DNA of 64,000 nucleotides from Escherichia coli (GTDB lineage Bacteria; Pseudomonadota; Gammaproteobacteria; Enterobacterales; Enterobacteriaceae): NCBI RefSeq assembly GCF_024700885.2, contig NZ_CP117016.1; one strand, 5' to 3'. Shown piece by piece: positions 11,749 to 23,773 of this stretch (position 1 is its first letter; each line of letters starts with the position of its first letter). The notes under the pieces were generated by a model. It saw only the letters and a program-made list of their open reading frames with translations, ran no database searches and was not told where the DNA came from. The position numbers and the translations under genes were made by a program.

Positions 11749-12228
11749 TTAATGCAACCAGTGAACGCCCTCGGCAGGCTGAAAGAACGCGTTATAGCGC
11801 ATCTGAAAAGCATTAATATCCTGCATTTCAGGTTCGGTTTCGCGCAGAAAACCCAGCGCCAGCCTGACCTGAGCATCGGTAATGGGAGCGGCAAGACGGG
11901 CTTTTTGTAAAATCCGATGCCATTGCAGCAGGTTCTGTTCGCTACCATCGACAATGACAATTTGCCAGATGAGCAACACCTGCGCGGCGTTTTGCAGGTG
12001 CGACTCATCCGGACGATGCAAATAACGTAAAAATTCGTCACCGGCTGACTTTCCCATTTGATCGACCATCGACTCCACGGGTACGACATCGATATTCAGC
12101 CGATCGCTGAGACGGCGAATCGCTTTTCTGGCCCCGGATGTCAGCACCCGAAAACCAACCACAAACACTACCGCCAGCGTGGCGAGCATTATCCAGATCA
12201 TGAGTTCTCCTGCGTAATCAGAACTCAT
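11749..12228 (-). CDS. yicN: DUF1198 family protein YicN
   Basis: The 159-aa translation MSSDYAGELMIWIMLATLAVVFVVGF... matches YicN in the backbone position. Confidence 0.8.
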   Translation of the reverse strand: MSSDYAGELMIWIMLATLAVVFVVGFRVLTSGARKAIRRLSDRLNIDVVPVESMVDQMGKSAGDEFLRYLHRPDESHLQNAAQVLLIWQIVIVDGSEQNLLQWHRILQKARLAAPITDAQVRLALGFLRETEPEMQDINAFQMRYNAFFQPAEGVHWLH

Positions 12229-12253
12229 GATATCTGGAAACCCTCGCCAGTTA

Positions 12254-13588
12254 CTAATCCACCAGAATAATCTTCAGTGCAAACAGAGCTGCGACCACCA
12301 CCACACACAGGTTCAGATCGCGCCAGCGCCCGGTGCACACTTTCATGATGCAGTACGACATAAAGCCGAGTGCAATCCCTTCGGTGATCGAGAAAGTAAA
12401 GGGCATCATCACCGTGGTAATAAATGCGGGCACCGATTCGGTAAAATCATCCCAGTTAACGCGCGCCAGGCTCGAAGTCATCAGCACGCCAACAAAGATT
12501 AACGCTCCGGCGGTTGCGTAAGGAGGAACCATCGCCACCAGCGGTGAGAAGAACATAACTAACAGGAACATAACGCCGACCACGACAGCCGTCAGCCCCG
12601 TGCGACCACCGACCGCCACACCAGAAGTACTTTCAATATAGGCAGTAACAGATGAGGTACCAATAAATGCGCCTGCCACCGAACTGACGCTATCAACATA
12701 CAGCGCCTTATTCATATTGGGGAATTGACCGTTACTATCTATTAAGCCAGCTTTATCAGTTACACCAATTAATGTTCCTGATGAATCAAATAGGTTGATC
12801 AGCATAAAGGAGAAAATGATACCGGCGAGTTCAAGTGTTAACGCGCCGCTCAAATCTACTTCACCAATGACGCCGCTAATATCAGGCGGAATGGAATAGA
12901 CACCGCTAAAATGAACATCACCGAAAAATAAGCCACAGCAAGACGTCACCACAATAGAAACAAGCACCGCGGCATGAAAATGACGTGATGACAACACGGT
13001 TATAATAAAAAACCCTAAAATACCTAACAACACGCCGTGAGAACTTAAATCGCCAATCATCACCAGGGTGTCTTTATTGGCGACAATAACGCCAGTATTT
13101 TTTAATCCCATTAAGGCGATAAATAATCCGATTCCGCTGGTGATACCAATACGTAAACTTAATGGAATGTTGGAGATCATCCAGTACCGGATACGAAATA
13201 GCGTGAGCAAAAATAGCCCAATTGCGCCCCAGAATATCGCGCCCATCCCGGTCTGCCAGGAGATACCCATCGCCCCCACGACCACGAACGCAAAGAAGGC
13301 GTTCAGCCCCATTGCTGGAGCCAGCGCCACGGGTAAGTTAGCAAATATCCCCATCGCAATACTGCCGATACCGGCAATCAAACAGGTGGTAACAAACACC
13401 ACTTTCGGGTCCATTTGTGCCGCGCCGAGGATTTGCGGGTTCACAAAAACGATGTACACCATGGTTAAAAAAGTGGTCATCCCCGCAATCAATTCTGTGC
13501 GGACGGTGGTCCCATGCTGAGGTAGTTTAAATAATCGCGAAAGCGTCCCTGATTCATTACTCACGTAATCGGTATTGTCATTATTCAT
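12254..13588 (-). CDS. adeQ: Adenine permease AdeQ (YicO)
   Basis: MNNDNTDYVSNESGTLSRLFKLPQHGTTVRTELIAGMTTFLTMVYIVFVNPQ...; 444 aa, matching AdeQ. The ORF has a 26-codon in-frame upstream extension that was rejected. Confidence 0.9.
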   Translation of the reverse strand: MNNDNTDYVSNESGTLSRLFKLPQHGTTVRTELIAGMTTFLTMVYIVFVNPQILGAAQMDPKVVFVTTCLIAGIGSIAMGIFANLPVALAPAMGLNAFFAFVVVGAMGISWQTGMGAIFWGAIGLFLLTLFRIRYWMISNIPLSLRIGITSGIGLFIALMGLKNTGVIVANKDTLVMIGDLSSHGVLLGILGFFIITVLSSRHFHAAVLVSIVVTSCCGLFFGDVHFSGVYSIPPDISGVIGEVDLSGALTLELAGIIFSFMLINLFDSSGTLIGVTDKAGLIDSNGQFPNMNKALYVDSVSSVAGAFIGTSSVTAYIESTSGVAVGGRTGLTAVVVGVMFLLVMFFSPLVAMVPPYATAGALIFVGVLMTSSLARVNWDDFTESVPAFITTVMMPFTFSITEGIALGFMSYCIMKVCTGRWRDLNLCVVVVAALFALKIILVD

Positions 13589-13762
13589 TTTTTTGTCCAT
13601 TGGAGGAGATTTAATCCCTTGCTTTTGTAAAACAAATGACAACAACGGTTCAGTGATAATTATCACATTTCAATTGCACATTAATGGATATTCTTTAATA
13701 ATCTCGCGACGTTTCTTTATGATAAATAATAATCAAATTGATAAAATCAAAATGAGAAAAAT

Positions 13763-15529
13763 ATGAATAATTCTATTAACCATAAATTTCATCACATTAG
13801 CCGGGCGGAATACCAGGAATTGTTAGCCGTTTCCCGTGGCGAGGCTGTTGCCGATTATATTATTGATAATGTCTCTATTCTCGACCTGATCAATGGCGGA
13901 GAAATTTCCGGCCCAATTGTGATTAAAGGGCGTTACATTGCCGGTGTTGGCGCAGAATACACTGATGCTCCGGCTTTGCAGCGGATTGATGCCCACGGCG
14001 CAACGGCGGTGCCAGGGTTTATTGATGCTCACCTGCATATTGAATCCAGCATGATGACGCCGGTCACCTTTGAAACCGCTACCCTGCCGCGTGGCCTGAC
14101 GACCGTTATTTGCGACCCTCATGAAATCGTCAACGTGATGGGCGAAGCCGGATTCGCCTGGTTTGCCCGCTGTGCCGAACAGGCAAGACAAAACCAGTAC
14201 TTACAGGTCAGCTCTTGCGTACCCGCCCTGGAAGGCTGCGATGTTAATGGTGCCAGTTTTACCCTTGAACAGATGCTCGCCTGGCGGGACCATCCGCAGG
14301 TTACCGGCCTTGCAGAAATGATGGACTACCCTGGCGTAATTAGCGGGCAGAATGCGCTGCTCGATAAACTGGATGCATTTCGCCACCTGACGCTGGACGG
14401 TCACTGCCCGGGTTTGGGTGGTAAAGCACTTAACGCCTATATTGCTGCGGGTATTAAAAACTGCCACGAAAGTTATCAGCTGGAAGAAGGACGCCGGAAA
14501 TTACAACTCGGTATGTCGTTGATGATCCGCGAAGGGTCCGCTGCCCGCAATCTCAACGCGCTGGCACCGTTGATCAACGAATTTAACAGCCCGCAATGCA
14601 TGCTCTGTACCGATGACCGTAACCCGTGGGAAATCGCCCATGAAGGACACATCGATGCCTTAATTCGCCGCCTGATCGAACAACACAATGTGCCGCTGCA
14701 TGTGGCATATCGCGTCGCCAGCTGGTCGACGGCGCGCCATTTTGGTCTGAATCACCTCGGCTTACTGGCACCCGGCAAGCAGGCCGATATCGTCCTGTTG
14801 AGCGATGCGCGTAAGGTCACGGTGCAGCAGGTACTGGTGAAAGGCGAGCCGATTGATGCGCAAACCTTACAGGCGGAAGAGTCGGCGAGACTGGCACAAT
14901 CCGCTCCCCCGTATGGCAATACCATTGCCCGCCAGCCAGTTTCCGCCAGCGACTTTGCCCTGCAATTTACGCCCGGAAAACGCTATCGGGTCATTGACGT
15001 CATCCATAACGAATTGATTACGCACTCCCACTCCAGCGTCTACAGCGAAAATGGTTTTGATCGCGATGATGTGTGCTTTATTGCCGTACTTGAGCGTTAC
15101 GGGCAACGTCTGGCTCCGGCTTGTGGTTTGCTCGGCGGCTTTGGTCTGAATGAAGGCGCGCTGGCTGCGACGGTCAGCCATGACAGCCATAATATTGTGG
15201 TGATCGGTCGCAGTGCCGAAGAGATGGCGCTGGCGGTCAATCAGGTGATTCAGGATGGCGGTGGGTTGTGCGTGGTCCGTAACGGCCAGGTACAGAGTCA
15301 TCTGCCGTTGCCCATTGCCGGGCTGATGAGCACCGACACGGCGCAGTCACTGGCGGAGCAAATTGACGCCTTGAAAGCTGCCGCCCGTGAATGCGGTCCG
15401 TTACCCGATGAGCCGTTTATTCAGATGGCGTTTCTTTCTCTGCCAGTGATCCCCGCGCTGAAACTAACCAGTCAGGGGCTATTTGATGGCGAGAAGTTTG
15501 CCTTCACTACGCTGGAAGTCACGGAATAA
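13763..15529 (+). CDS. ade: Adenine deaminase
   Basis: 588 aa; [63 protein letters not shown]...; metal-dependent hydrolase motifs [19 protein letters not shown]. Confidence 0.95.
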   Translation: MNNSINHKFHHISRAEYQELLAVSRGEAVADYIIDNVSILDLINGGEISGPIVIKGRYIAGVGAEYTDAPALQRIDAHGATAVPGFIDAHLHIESSMMTPVTFETATLPRGLTTVICDPHEIVNVMGEAGFAWFARCAEQARQNQYLQVSSCVPALEGCDVNGASFTLEQMLAWRDHPQVTGLAEMMDYPGVISGQNALLDKLDAFRHLTLDGHCPGLGGKALNAYIAAGIKNCHESYQLEEGRRKLQLGMSLMIREGSAARNLNALAPLINEFNSPQCMLCTDDRNPWEIAHEGHIDALIRRLIEQHNVPLHVAYRVASWSTARHFGLNHLGLLAPGKQADIVLLSDARKVTVQQVLVKGEPIDAQTLQAEESARLAQSAPPYGNTIARQPVSASDFALQFTPGKRYRVIDVIHNELITHSHSSVYSENGFDRDDVCFIAVLERYGQRLAPACGLLGGFGLNEGALAATVSHDSHNIVVIGRSAEEMALAVNQVIQDGGGLCVVRNGQVQSHLPLPIAGLMSTDTAQSLAEQIDALKAAARECGPLPDEPFIQMAFLSLPVIPALKLTSQGLFDGEKFAFTTLEVTE

Positions 15530-15560
15530 TAAAAAAAAGCCCGGCGTCATGCCGGGCAAA
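15530..15560. terminator. Bidirectional Rho-independent terminator between ade and uhpT
   Basis: The hairpin gcccggcgtcatgccgggc is flanked by A8 on one side, giving a T-run for the minus-strand uhpT transcript. Confidence 0.6.
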
Positions 15561-15575
15561 AGTCACCAGTTACGT

Positions 15576-16967
15576 TTATGCCACTGTCAACTGCTGAATT
15601 TTTTTCTCGCGGCGGATTTTGCGTTCTTCCATCACCGCCACTATCGCCATCAGGCAAATACAACCAATCGCGGCGATATCAAGTGCGGCGAAGGTGCCTG
15701 CCCAGCCGGTAAGGCCGAATACCGGCGTCCCATCGGCAATCATTCCCAGACCTAACTTGGCAAAGCTGTCGCCAATCAGGTAAGCGAAGGTGCCTTTAAT
15801 ACCATCGGCAGCGCCAATCGCTTTTTTAGGTACAAAGCCAACAGCAGCCACACCAATCAACAATTGCGGGCCAAAGACCAGGAAACCCAACGCAAAGAGA
15901 GAAGCCAGATAGATATATTGATTGCTGGCATGTTGATACACACCGAGCGTGGCGATAATCAGCGCCAGCGCGATGCAGGCCACCAGGCCACGGCGACCGT
16001 TCGCCAGGTCAGAGAGCCAGCCCCACAGCAGCGTACCGACCAGCGCACCAGCTTCAAACAGCGTAAAGCCCTGAATCGCCACCGCTTTAGAGAGTTTCAG
16101 TTCCTGGAACGCATACACGGTTGACCACTGGTCGATACCAATACGCACCACATAGAGGAAAATGTTGGCGAAGCACAGCAGCCAGATCACTTTGTTTTTC
16201 AGCACATACTCAACAAAGATCTGCCACTTGGTCATATCGGTAGATTCTGTCTCTTTATCCTCTTCACTGATCTCCTCGCCAAACAGCTCTTCAGCTTTGC
16301 CGAGGCCATAAGATTCCGGGGAGTCGCTGCCGTAACGCAGGCCGATAAAACCGACAATCAGCGCGATAATCGACGGGAAAATAAACATGCCGATGACATG
16401 ACCATCGAACAGGTAATTTGCGCCGAACAGTGCCACACCAGCTGCGCCTGCACCGCCAAGGTTGTGAGAAATGTTCCAGAAACCGAGGAAGGTCCCGCGC
16501 TTACGACGCGGCGTCCATTTGGTGATGGTGGAGTAACTGCACGAACCGCCGGTGCTCTGGAAAAAGCCGCTTAAGGCGTAGAAGGCAATCATCAGGAACA
16601 GGCTAACCGAGCCGCTGCCCATACTGGCACTGAAGCCCAGCATACAAATGGCAGACAGGATCAGCATGAACGGCAGGAATTGTTTGGTATTTTTGCCGTC
16701 GGCGTAGTAGGAAACCAGCGTTTTACCCACGCCATAAGTGATGGAGAAACCCAGGCCGATCATCCCCAGCTGCGTCATGCTCAACCCGTAGGTCGAGATC
16801 ATGTCGTTCTGCGCGATGTTAAAGTTCTTGCGAATCAGGTACATCGTCAGGTAGCCGATAAAGACCACCAGGTAGGATTGCATGAACGGTTTGAACCACA
16901 TTTTGCGCCGCACTTCGAGCGGAAGGTCCAGGGTCGGCTTGCGAACCTGGTTTAAGAAAGCCAGCAT
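15576..16967 (-). CDS. uhpT: Hexose-6-phosphate:phosphate antiporter UhpT
   Basis: 463 aa; [49 protein letters not shown]... matches UhpT. Confidence 0.95.
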   Translation of the reverse strand: MLAFLNQVRKPTLDLPLEVRRKMWFKPFMQSYLVVFIGYLTMYLIRKNFNIAQNDMISTYGLSMTQLGMIGLGFSITYGVGKTLVSYYADGKNTKQFLPFMLILSAICMLGFSASMGSGSVSLFLMIAFYALSGFFQSTGGSCSYSTITKWTPRRKRGTFLGFWNISHNLGGAGAAGVALFGANYLFDGHVIGMFIFPSIIALIVGFIGLRYGSDSPESYGLGKAEELFGEEISEEDKETESTDMTKWQIFVEYVLKNKVIWLLCFANIFLYVVRIGIDQWSTVYAFQELKLSKAVAIQGFTLFEAGALVGTLLWGWLSDLANGRRGLVACIALALIIATLGVYQHASNQYIYLASLFALGFLVFGPQLLIGVAAVGFVPKKAIGAADGIKGTFAYLIGDSFAKLGLGMIADGTPVFGLTGWAGTFAALDIAAIGCICLMAIVAVMEERKIRREKKIQQLTVA

Positions 16968-17139
16968 GGGTTACTCCTGATTTCCCTTCATACTTCAAGC
17001 CGCAGGTGCCTTAGCTGCACGCATTCCTCCCGGTCACATAGTTCACTATGCTCCCGGGACTCACGCGTTTGCTGCGTTCCTGCAACTTGAATTATTTTGG
17101 GAAAGAATTAATGAATGATGGCATTGTAAAAATCAGCAG

Positions 17140-17200
17140 CAAATCAGGCCTGAGATAGCGTCCAGGCAAAACCTGGAAAATTTCTTAGTTTTGCCGGATA
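17140..17200 (-). promoter_or_regulatory. uhpT promoter region with putative UhpA-binding inverted repeat
   Basis: caggcctgagatagcgtccaggcaaaacctgg contains the inverted repeat ccaggttttgcctgg about 180-230 bp upstream of the uhpT start. The assignment rests on the known UhpA/CAP control of uhpT and is not proven by sequence. Confidence 0.3.
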
Positions 17201-17222
17201 TGAAGTGAAAAGGTGAGATGCA

Positions 17223-18542
17223 TCACGCTTCGCGCGGTGTCTGGGCGTTCAAAAAGGGCAGTAACAGCAGTGCGGAAATCCCGGCGGCAATGGCGATAAC
17301 CACAAAAAATCCGCTCCAGTGCCAGGTATCGAGCACTTTCGCCAGCGGCCAACCAGCAAGCGACGCCCCCAGATAAGCAAACAAGCCGACAAACCCCGTC
17401 GCCGCCCCTGCCGCCTCTTTGTGGGAACACTCTGCCGCCGCCATGCCGATTAACATCTGCGGGCCAAAGACAAAAAAACCAATGGTGAAGAAGCAGGTTG
17501 CCTGCATCACGTAGCTGGCAAATGGCATCAGCCACAGCGAGCCGACTGAAAGCAAAATTCCGGCAGCGAAAATCAAATTCATCGGCCCGCGGTTGCCGTT
17601 AAACAGTTTGTCCGAGCCCCAACCCGCTACCAGCGCACCGATAAATCCGCCCAGTTCAAACATCGTCACTGCTGTATTCGCCGTGACCAGATCGACGCCC
17701 AGCGTCTCGGACATATACAAATTGCCCCAGTCGTTGATCGCCGCCCGAACCACATAGACCAGCACATAGCAAAACGAAAGCAGCCAGATATACGGATTCA
17801 ACAACACATACTTGGTGAGGATCTCTTTACGCGTCAGCCCTGCCCCTTCTTGTTGTTGAGCAATCTCCAGCGCATCGTGCCGCCATTCACCAACCGCAGG
17901 TAAACCTAACGCCTGCGGGCGATCGCGCAGCCGCCAGCAGAGAAAAATCCCCACGACTATCGCCATACAACCCGCAATCATCATTCCGGCACGCCAGCCG
18001 TAATGCAGTGCAGCCGCTGCCATCACAATGGGAATGAGTGCGCCGCCGACGTTATGCGCCGTGTTCCATAATGCCCACCAACCGCCGCGCTCGGTACGAG
18101 AATACCAGGCCGTTAACAGACGCGCACACACCGGTGAACCCCAGCCCTGGAAAAAGGCGTTCAGCACCCAAAGTACGGCAAACGCCCATAGCGACGTCGA
18201 GAAGCCAAACAGAATGTTGATGATGCCCGTGGCGATAAGCCCTATCCCCATAAAATAACGGGCATTTGAGCGGTCGCTGACAATGCCGGAGACAAACTTC
18301 GACACGCCGTAGGTAATGTAAAACAGGGTCGCTAACAGGCCGATATCGCTACGGCTGAGCACGCCATTAGCAAGGATTTCTGGTACAGCGGCGTTAAAAC
18401 TTTTCCGCGTGAAGTAAAACAGCGCGTAACCCAGCCAGATGGTCAGCAGAATATGCCGACGCCAGTAGCGATAGCGGGCATCAATTTCATGTTTATCAGT
18501 CATTAATGGCGCATCGGCAGGCGCTTTCAGAAACGGCAACAT
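17223..18542 (-). CDS. uhpC: Membrane sensor/transporter-like protein UhpC
   Basis: 439 aa from MLPFLKAPADAPLMTDKHEIDARYRYWRRH..., an MFS fold homologous to UhpT. Confidence 0.9.
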   Translation of the reverse strand: MLPFLKAPADAPLMTDKHEIDARYRYWRRHILLTIWLGYALFYFTRKSFNAAVPEILANGVLSRSDIGLLATLFYITYGVSKFVSGIVSDRSNARYFMGIGLIATGIINILFGFSTSLWAFAVLWVLNAFFQGWGSPVCARLLTAWYSRTERGGWWALWNTAHNVGGALIPIVMAAAALHYGWRAGMMIAGCMAIVVGIFLCWRLRDRPQALGLPAVGEWRHDALEIAQQQEGAGLTRKEILTKYVLLNPYIWLLSFCYVLVYVVRAAINDWGNLYMSETLGVDLVTANTAVTMFELGGFIGALVAGWGSDKLFNGNRGPMNLIFAAGILLSVGSLWLMPFASYVMQATCFFTIGFFVFGPQMLIGMAAAECSHKEAAGAATGFVGLFAYLGASLAGWPLAKVLDTWHWSGFFVVIAIAAGISALLLLPFLNAQTPREA

Positions 18543-18551
18543 CATCAAACC

Positions 18552-20054
18552 TTAGACATAGCGTTGAGGTAGAGAAACGCTGACACGCGTGCCATGCAGG
18601 CAGGAAATGGTCAATGTGCCGCCCAGCGCCGTTACGCGCTCGCGCATTCCGGTGAGGCCAAAACCTTGTTGCCCGGAACCCGGCGGCAAACCGCTGCCAT
18701 CGTCTTCAATCACCAGCATCAACCGTTCATCCTGCTGCCAGCCTTGCAGGGTGACCGCGCTGGCATCAGCATGTTTCACAATGTTGTTCAGCCCTTCCTG
18801 GCAGACACGAAACAGCGTCACGCGCTGGTTTTCGCTTAACGCTGATTCATCGATTCGCCATTCGAGATGGCTGACAATGCCGCGCCCTTCCAGCTCCATT
18901 TCCCGCATTAGTGAGCGGATGGCCTGCTCCAGGGTGAGATCATCCAACTGGCGCGGACGTAACCGCCCTAACAAACGGCGCACCGCGTCGTAAACGCCCA
19001 GCGACAGTTGTTCGATGAGCTGCCCGCTCTGCTTCACACTGGCGTTATCTGCCGCCAGCCGCTGGACAATGCCCGCCTGAGTACGAATGGCAGTGATAGT
19101 CTGGCCGATATCATCGTGCAGCTCACGCGCCACGTCGCGGCGCACGCTCTCTTCAGTTTCTAACAAACGTTCAGCCAGATGCTGATTGCGCGCTAGTTCC
19201 TTTTGCAGCGACTGGTTAAGTTCACGCAACCGCTGGATGCCTGCGCCCAGTAACAGCCCTGTCAGACTTTGCACCAGCAGCGAGAGCAATAAATCCACCG
19301 AATGATCGCGCCAGGTTTGACTGGCGATCAGCGCGATGGCGTTCATCAACGTCGCAATCAGCGCCCCTTGCCAGCCGTAGTGCCAGGCCAGCGCGATAAT
19401 CGGCAGCGCCAGACAGAATGGCGTAAAGCGCGACAGTTCGTCCGGCAATCCCAACTGGAGCCAGAGACTAATAACAAACAGCAGCAAGTACCAGACCAGA
19501 TGCCGCCCGCGCCAGTTGATTGGCTGAGAAACCAGTGACGGCCCGAGCGGCAGCCAGGTGTTATTGGCGAGATAGTGCCAGAACACCAGACATATCGGGG
19601 CCAGCGTCAGGCCGCCAGTTAAAGTCAGCAACAGCGCATTCCACGACTCTTTGCCGTGCCAAAGCCAGGGCAGCGACTGCAACAACGCCGCCGCCGTCAG
19701 CGCTGCCCCCTGTAACAGCAGGGTGCGCCAGTCACGTTGATGGCGATAGCGCGAGATCAGCGCCACGGGCAATAACGTCAGTAAACTACCGATCATCAAT
19801 AAGGAGAAATGGGTTAACCCGACCGCCTGCGTTAGCCAGTAAATCAGCAGCCACTCCGCGCCCAGCAGCACCGGCCAGTATCCGCGCGGGCATTGCAGCA
19901 TTAGCCCCAGACGCAGACCAAACGGAAATAACAGCACCGCCATATCAGGGCGCTCAACCAGGTGCAGGCTGATGCTCCACAGGCAAAACCATGCGGCAGA
20001 GAAGATAAAAAAGCAGGCAATAACGGTAATTAAGCGGGAGAACAACGTCTTCAT
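18552..20054 (-). CDS. uhpB: Sensor histidine kinase UhpB
   Basis: 500 aa; [22 protein letters not shown]...; histidine kinase motifs HDDIGQ and GLTGMRERV; its start overlaps the uhpA stop (ATGA). Confidence 0.9.
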   Translation of the reverse strand: MKTLFSRLITVIACFFIFSAAWFCLWSISLHLVERPDMAVLLFPFGLRLGLMLQCPRGYWPVLLGAEWLLIYWLTQAVGLTHFSLLMIGSLLTLLPVALISRYRHQRDWRTLLLQGAALTAAALLQSLPWLWHGKESWNALLLTLTGGLTLAPICLVFWHYLANNTWLPLGPSLVSQPINWRGRHLVWYLLLFVISLWLQLGLPDELSRFTPFCLALPIIALAWHYGWQGALIATLMNAIALIASQTWRDHSVDLLLSLLVQSLTGLLLGAGIQRLRELNQSLQKELARNQHLAERLLETEESVRRDVARELHDDIGQTITAIRTQAGIVQRLAADNASVKQSGQLIEQLSLGVYDAVRRLLGRLRPRQLDDLTLEQAIRSLMREMELEGRGIVSHLEWRIDESALSENQRVTLFRVCQEGLNNIVKHADASAVTLQGWQQDERLMLVIEDDGSGLPPGSGQQGFGLTGMRERVTALGGTLTISCLHGTRVSVSLPQRYV

Positions 20055-20644
20055 CACCAGCCATCAAACATACGGTGCGCCAGTTCAACGTCGTTACTGA
20101 CGCCCAGTTTTTCCATCAGATTGGCGCGATGGACGTGTACCGTTTTCGGTGACAAGCCCAGTTCGGCGGCAATCTCTTTCACCGCCATTCCTTGCGCCAG
20201 TTTTTCCGCCACCTGGCGTTCACGTTTGGTTAGCGGGTCCTGGCGACCGGATGCCAGTTTAATGGCAATATCCGGCGTCAGATAACAGCCGCCTGTGGCA
20301 ACCGTATGCACCGCAGCAATCAGTTCGTCAGGGCTACAACGCTTGGAGAGAAAGCCGCGCGCCCCCGCGTTAAGCGCCTGCTCAACCAGCGCCGGACTGT
20401 CGTGAACGGAGAGCATAATCGTCGCCATACCTTTCGGCAGCTGGCTTAGCAGCTCCAGACCGGAGATATCGGGCATGGAGATATCGCAAATACACACCTG
20501 CACACCGCGCCCCGGCAGCCCCGCCAGCGCCTCGCGCCCCGAACCAAACTCGGCAACTACTTGCAAATCAGGTTCCAGCCCCAGCAACTGCGCAAAGCCG
20601 GAGCGGACGATGAGGTGATCGTCTATAAGGGCAACGGTGATCAT
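20054..20644 (-). CDS. uhpA: LuxR/NarL-family response regulator UhpA
   Basis: 196 aa; [21 protein letters not shown]... with a C-terminal HTH ([32 protein letters not shown]). The 20-codon upstream extension was rejected. Confidence 0.9.
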   Translation of the reverse strand: MITVALIDDHLIVRSGFAQLLGLEPDLQVVAEFGSGREALAGLPGRGVQVCICDISMPDISGLELLSQLPKGMATIMLSVHDSPALVEQALNAGARGFLSKRCSPDELIAAVHTVATGGCYLTPDIAIKLASGRQDPLTKRERQVAEKLAQGMAVKEIAAELGLSPKTVHVHRANLMEKLGVSNDVELAHRMFDGW

Positions 20645-20805
20645 GATTGGGTCCTGGCGGATAAAAAACGCGCATACCTTAACGATAAGCGCGATGTTGT
20701 TCAAGTTGGATATGGGGTATGTATTGGCTTAATGATGTTGAGCTTATCGTCAAAACGCTTACCAGAGAGGTAAGCGTTTGGTGCGTGTTATTGAGAAAAA
20801 GCGAA

Positions 20806-22272
20806 TTATTTGTAGGTTGCAATCGTAATATTGCCTGAGATATTTCTCCTTAGATTGCGGACATCATTTTCAGCGTCGTTATGGATAATATTTTCGCCTT
20901 TAGTGGTATAGATATAATTAGCAACATCAAAGGTGTCATTCGCGTTATTTACGACTGCTCCTAAGACGCAAAGGGTTTGTGTGAATCCGTATTCTGAGAA
21001 ATCGACATGCTGATGGTAATTTCTACCATTCAAAGCAACAAAACTCGGACAAACATCTATTGTATCGCCAACAGACGTAGCGGCGCGACGCACATCAAGT
21101 GCAGCGTTATCATTAGCAACATGAAATGCTTGTGAACAGGCATAAAACAAATTTCCAATCCCGGTACGACTGGATAAACAAGAAATAATTTTTGCTATTT
21201 TTTCTGGCTTTATACCATCCTGCACTAAAGAATCTCTCACCAGATGACATTCATCAGGTGTGAAAAGAGCTTTCTTGAATATTTCCTCATAAAAATCATA
21301 AGAAGGAGATTCAGAGAGAGTGAGAGATTTGGTGGAATGTGATGAATCTGTAATTTTTTTGCGAAGTAATTCACTTATAGTGCCGTTTATTTTTTCACCA
21401 CAACATAAAACAAATGAACTTCCCTCCAGAACTTGTCTTTCTACATCTGCAAGGAGTGAGCTAAATTCTTCCTCACGAAGCTTAAGGTTTTTTATAGATG
21501 ATTGATGTAAATACTTTTCTGGAATTAAATCTTTTTGTTCCCTTAAAAGCTCTATCATTCGGCATTCGATTTGCCTATCAAAAGAGTATTTCATGTCATA
21601 GTTATTTTTAGCAACTTCCAGCTTAAGAGTATTTGCAGCAACTGTTAATTCTGAGAGTTGTTCTCTTTCCTGTTGATCATGTTGTGATAAGAGCTGCAAA
21701 AACTCTTGTGCGTGAGGCCCTGAAAATACCCTGACTTCCTCATGCTTTATACTTTCAGTTTTACCATTTTTTTTCTTATGATATTCACGATACAATTGGG
21801 TTTCTTTAAAACTGTCACTACCGAGTTGTTCAATTTTGACATAACTATCTAAACCCGTTACAGCAATCCATATTTTATTATTCGAATCCTGAGATTCAGG
21901 TGTAACATGAAAATAAGGGATGAATTTAGAATTAACCTCATAACGATAAAGATGCAATATTTCCAGCAGATGAGTTAATATATTTACAAATGATTCTCTA
22001 AAGCTTACCTTCACGGGTTCTGTTGGTACTGTTCTGCAATTGTCAATCAGACCACTTTTTTTCATTACGTCAATGTTAGAAAAATCTACATTAAGATCAC
22101 GCTTAATACTCTTATTTAAATTTTGCTGTTTTTGGTGAAACAGAACACTCTGTTTAACTGGATTGGTGGTTACGCTATAAGTTCCCATAATAACCTCATG
22201 GTTTTTCTCAATATTCATATATACAACTTTGATATTATTCAAAGCATTAATATTAGCGCCACAATTGGTCAT
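20806..22272 (-). CDS. Hypothetical protein from an AT-rich accessory gene, paralog of the next ORF; possible secreted effector or toxin of unknown family
   Basis: The long ORF is 20806-22368. The start is placed at the Met with GGAGG 7 nt upstream (22272), giving 488 aa. Conserved blocks shared with ORF 22478-23773 include IWIAVTGLDSYVKIEQLGSDSFKETQ / RTWMAATGENEYTEIKQTGDKAFKVIQ, a CCG motif, and KIISCLSSRTGIGNLFYACSQAFHV / EIIACLASPQGIACFYYSSAQGYQT. It is absent from the K-12 uhpA-ilvN junction. Confidence 0.6.
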   Translation of the reverse strand: MTNCGANINALNNIKVVYMNIEKNHEVIMGTYSVTTNPVKQSVLFHQKQQNLNKSIKRDLNVDFSNIDVMKKSGLIDNCRTVPTEPVKVSFRESFVNILTHLLEILHLYRYEVNSKFIPYFHVTPESQDSNNKIWIAVTGLDSYVKIEQLGSDSFKETQLYREYHKKKNGKTESIKHEEVRVFSGPHAQEFLQLLSQHDQQEREQLSELTVAANTLKLEVAKNNYDMKYSFDRQIECRMIELLREQKDLIPEKYLHQSSIKNLKLREEEFSSLLADVERQVLEGSSFVLCCGEKINGTISELLRKKITDSSHSTKSLTLSESPSYDFYEEIFKKALFTPDECHLVRDSLVQDGIKPEKIAKIISCLSSRTGIGNLFYACSQAFHVANDNAALDVRRAATSVGDTIDVCPSFVALNGRNYHQHVDFSEYGFTQTLCVLGAVVNNANDTFDVANYIYTTKGENIIHNDAENDVRNLRRNISGNITIATYK

Positions 22273-22477
22273 AAAGCGACCTCCATGTGCCAGTTCGTTA
22301 AGAAAAATGCAATAATACTGGAGCTTATTTTCCGAACGATTTTCCCAATGCAATTGCATCACTAACACTACTTATTCACTATCAAAAATCGCTCATTTTT
22401 TCAAAAAGACTGTTTACACACAGACGGTTAACAATACGCGTTCACCTTAATGATAAACGCGCTTCATCAAGAAAAAA

Positions 22478-23773
22478 TCATAAATCAGCAGTTGTTGCGG
22501 CAGCGGAAAATGTAAAAGCGACTTTATCTATTTTGGAGTTTTCTTTGTCGACCATACCGGTAGTGAAATAACGAGCACACTGAAGTTTAACTTCATTTTC
22601 AATTTTATTAACCGCCATCACATACATCTTCTGACTAAACCCATTTATAGTAAAATCCATTTCATTAAGATACTTTCCAGACCCAAAAAAAGAATTTCCT
22701 GATTTTTTTAAATCCACTGTTGGTGAAATGAAACTAACAATACTTTTTGAGAGTAACTCGCGAACATCTTGAGATGTATGTTGTAAGCAAGTCTGATAGC
22801 CTTGTGCGGAAGAATAATAAAAACATGCAATCCCCTGAGGACTGGCTAAGCAAGCGATTATTTCATCAATCTTATCATCCGTAATATTACCATTTGATTG
22901 TTTTAATAATTCTCTTACCCGAGCACATTCATCATCATTAAAGCAAACCTGTGCAACCAATTGTTCAGGTGTCTTTTGACTATAACTTAGATCTTTTTCA
23001 ATCATTTCAATTTTGCTTGCAAATATTTCAAGAATATCTTTACTTAACTCAACACCACAGCAAGTTATTTTTGCAGCACCACTTGGTTTAGTTTGTTCTT
23101 TTATACATCTATGAGCATCCATAGTCACAGAGTGTAAATAATTCTCAGTAATATCAATTTTTTCCTGAACAGGTAAATGCCCCTCATCTTTTTGAATTCG
23201 CAGGTTTAATAAATCATATGTATTACTCAAAATTTCTGCAGGCATTTCGTAATTACAATCCGCATTCATCAGAACAATACTATTAACTAATTTTTTCCTC
23301 AAAACCATATCAGCAGAATGTGTTTCTAACGCAGCAGTTTTTTCAGACAGCGACTTGATAATAGTCGCCACAGCCACTCCAGAATATGATGTTTCTTTTA
23401 CTGTTTTTTTTGTATTTTTTTCACCGGCGTCATACTGTATAACTTTAAAGGCTTTATCACCTGTTTGTTTGATTTCGGTATATTCGTTCTCTCCAGTTGC
23501 CGCCATCCAGGTACGATTGCCATTATTTTCCGTGCCTGGCATAGGGTGGAAATAGTCAAGAATATCGGTGTTAACACTCCGAGAACCGGACATGATATTT
23601 AGTATTAAGCGCTTTATTTCCTGCAACATCCATTTTGCAAAATTACTGCCAGGTGAATATTTTTTCTCATTATTTGTAATATCAAGCTCAGCAGCGATAT
23701 TTATATTTTTATCCAAAAAGGTGGAAGGGCAGAGATTTGCCATCATTATTCCGCTGTTTATAGGGCTTGCCAT
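22478..23773 (-). CDS. Hypothetical protein, tandem paralog of the 20806-22272 ORF
   Basis: 431 aa; GAGAGG sits 5 nt upstream of the ATG; the gene is AT-rich; it shares conserved blocks with the preceding ORF, as listed there. Confidence 0.6.
   Translation of the reverse strand: MASPINSGIMMANLCPSTFLDKNINIAAELDITNNEKKYSPGSNFAKWMLQEIKRLILNIMSGSRSVNTDILDYFHPMPGTENNGNRTWMAATGENEYTEIKQTGDKAFKVIQYDAGEKNTKKTVKETSYSGVAVATIIKSLSEKTAALETHSADMVLRKKLVNSIVLMNADCNYEMPAEILSNTYDLLNLRIQKDEGHLPVQEKIDITENYLHSVTMDAHRCIKEQTKPSGAAKITCCGVELSKDILEIFASKIEMIEKDLSYSQKTPEQLVAQVCFNDDECARVRELLKQSNGNITDDKIDEIIACLASPQGIACFYYSSAQGYQTCLQHTSQDVRELLSKSIVSFISPTVDLKKSGNSFFGSGKYLNEMDFTINGFSQKMYVMAVNKIENEVKLQCARYFTTGMVDKENSKIDKVAFTFSAAATTADL

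Noticed and set aside
20645-20704. N-terminal extensions of uhpA (216-aa ORF), adeQ (470 aa), nepI (410 aa), glvC (616 aa), yidI, yidX, ibpB and cbrA
   Set aside because: Homolog lengths and RBS positions support the internal starts. The extensions lack Shine-Dalgarno sequences; the 78-codon in-frame region upstream of glvC is treated as fortuitous 5'-UTR.
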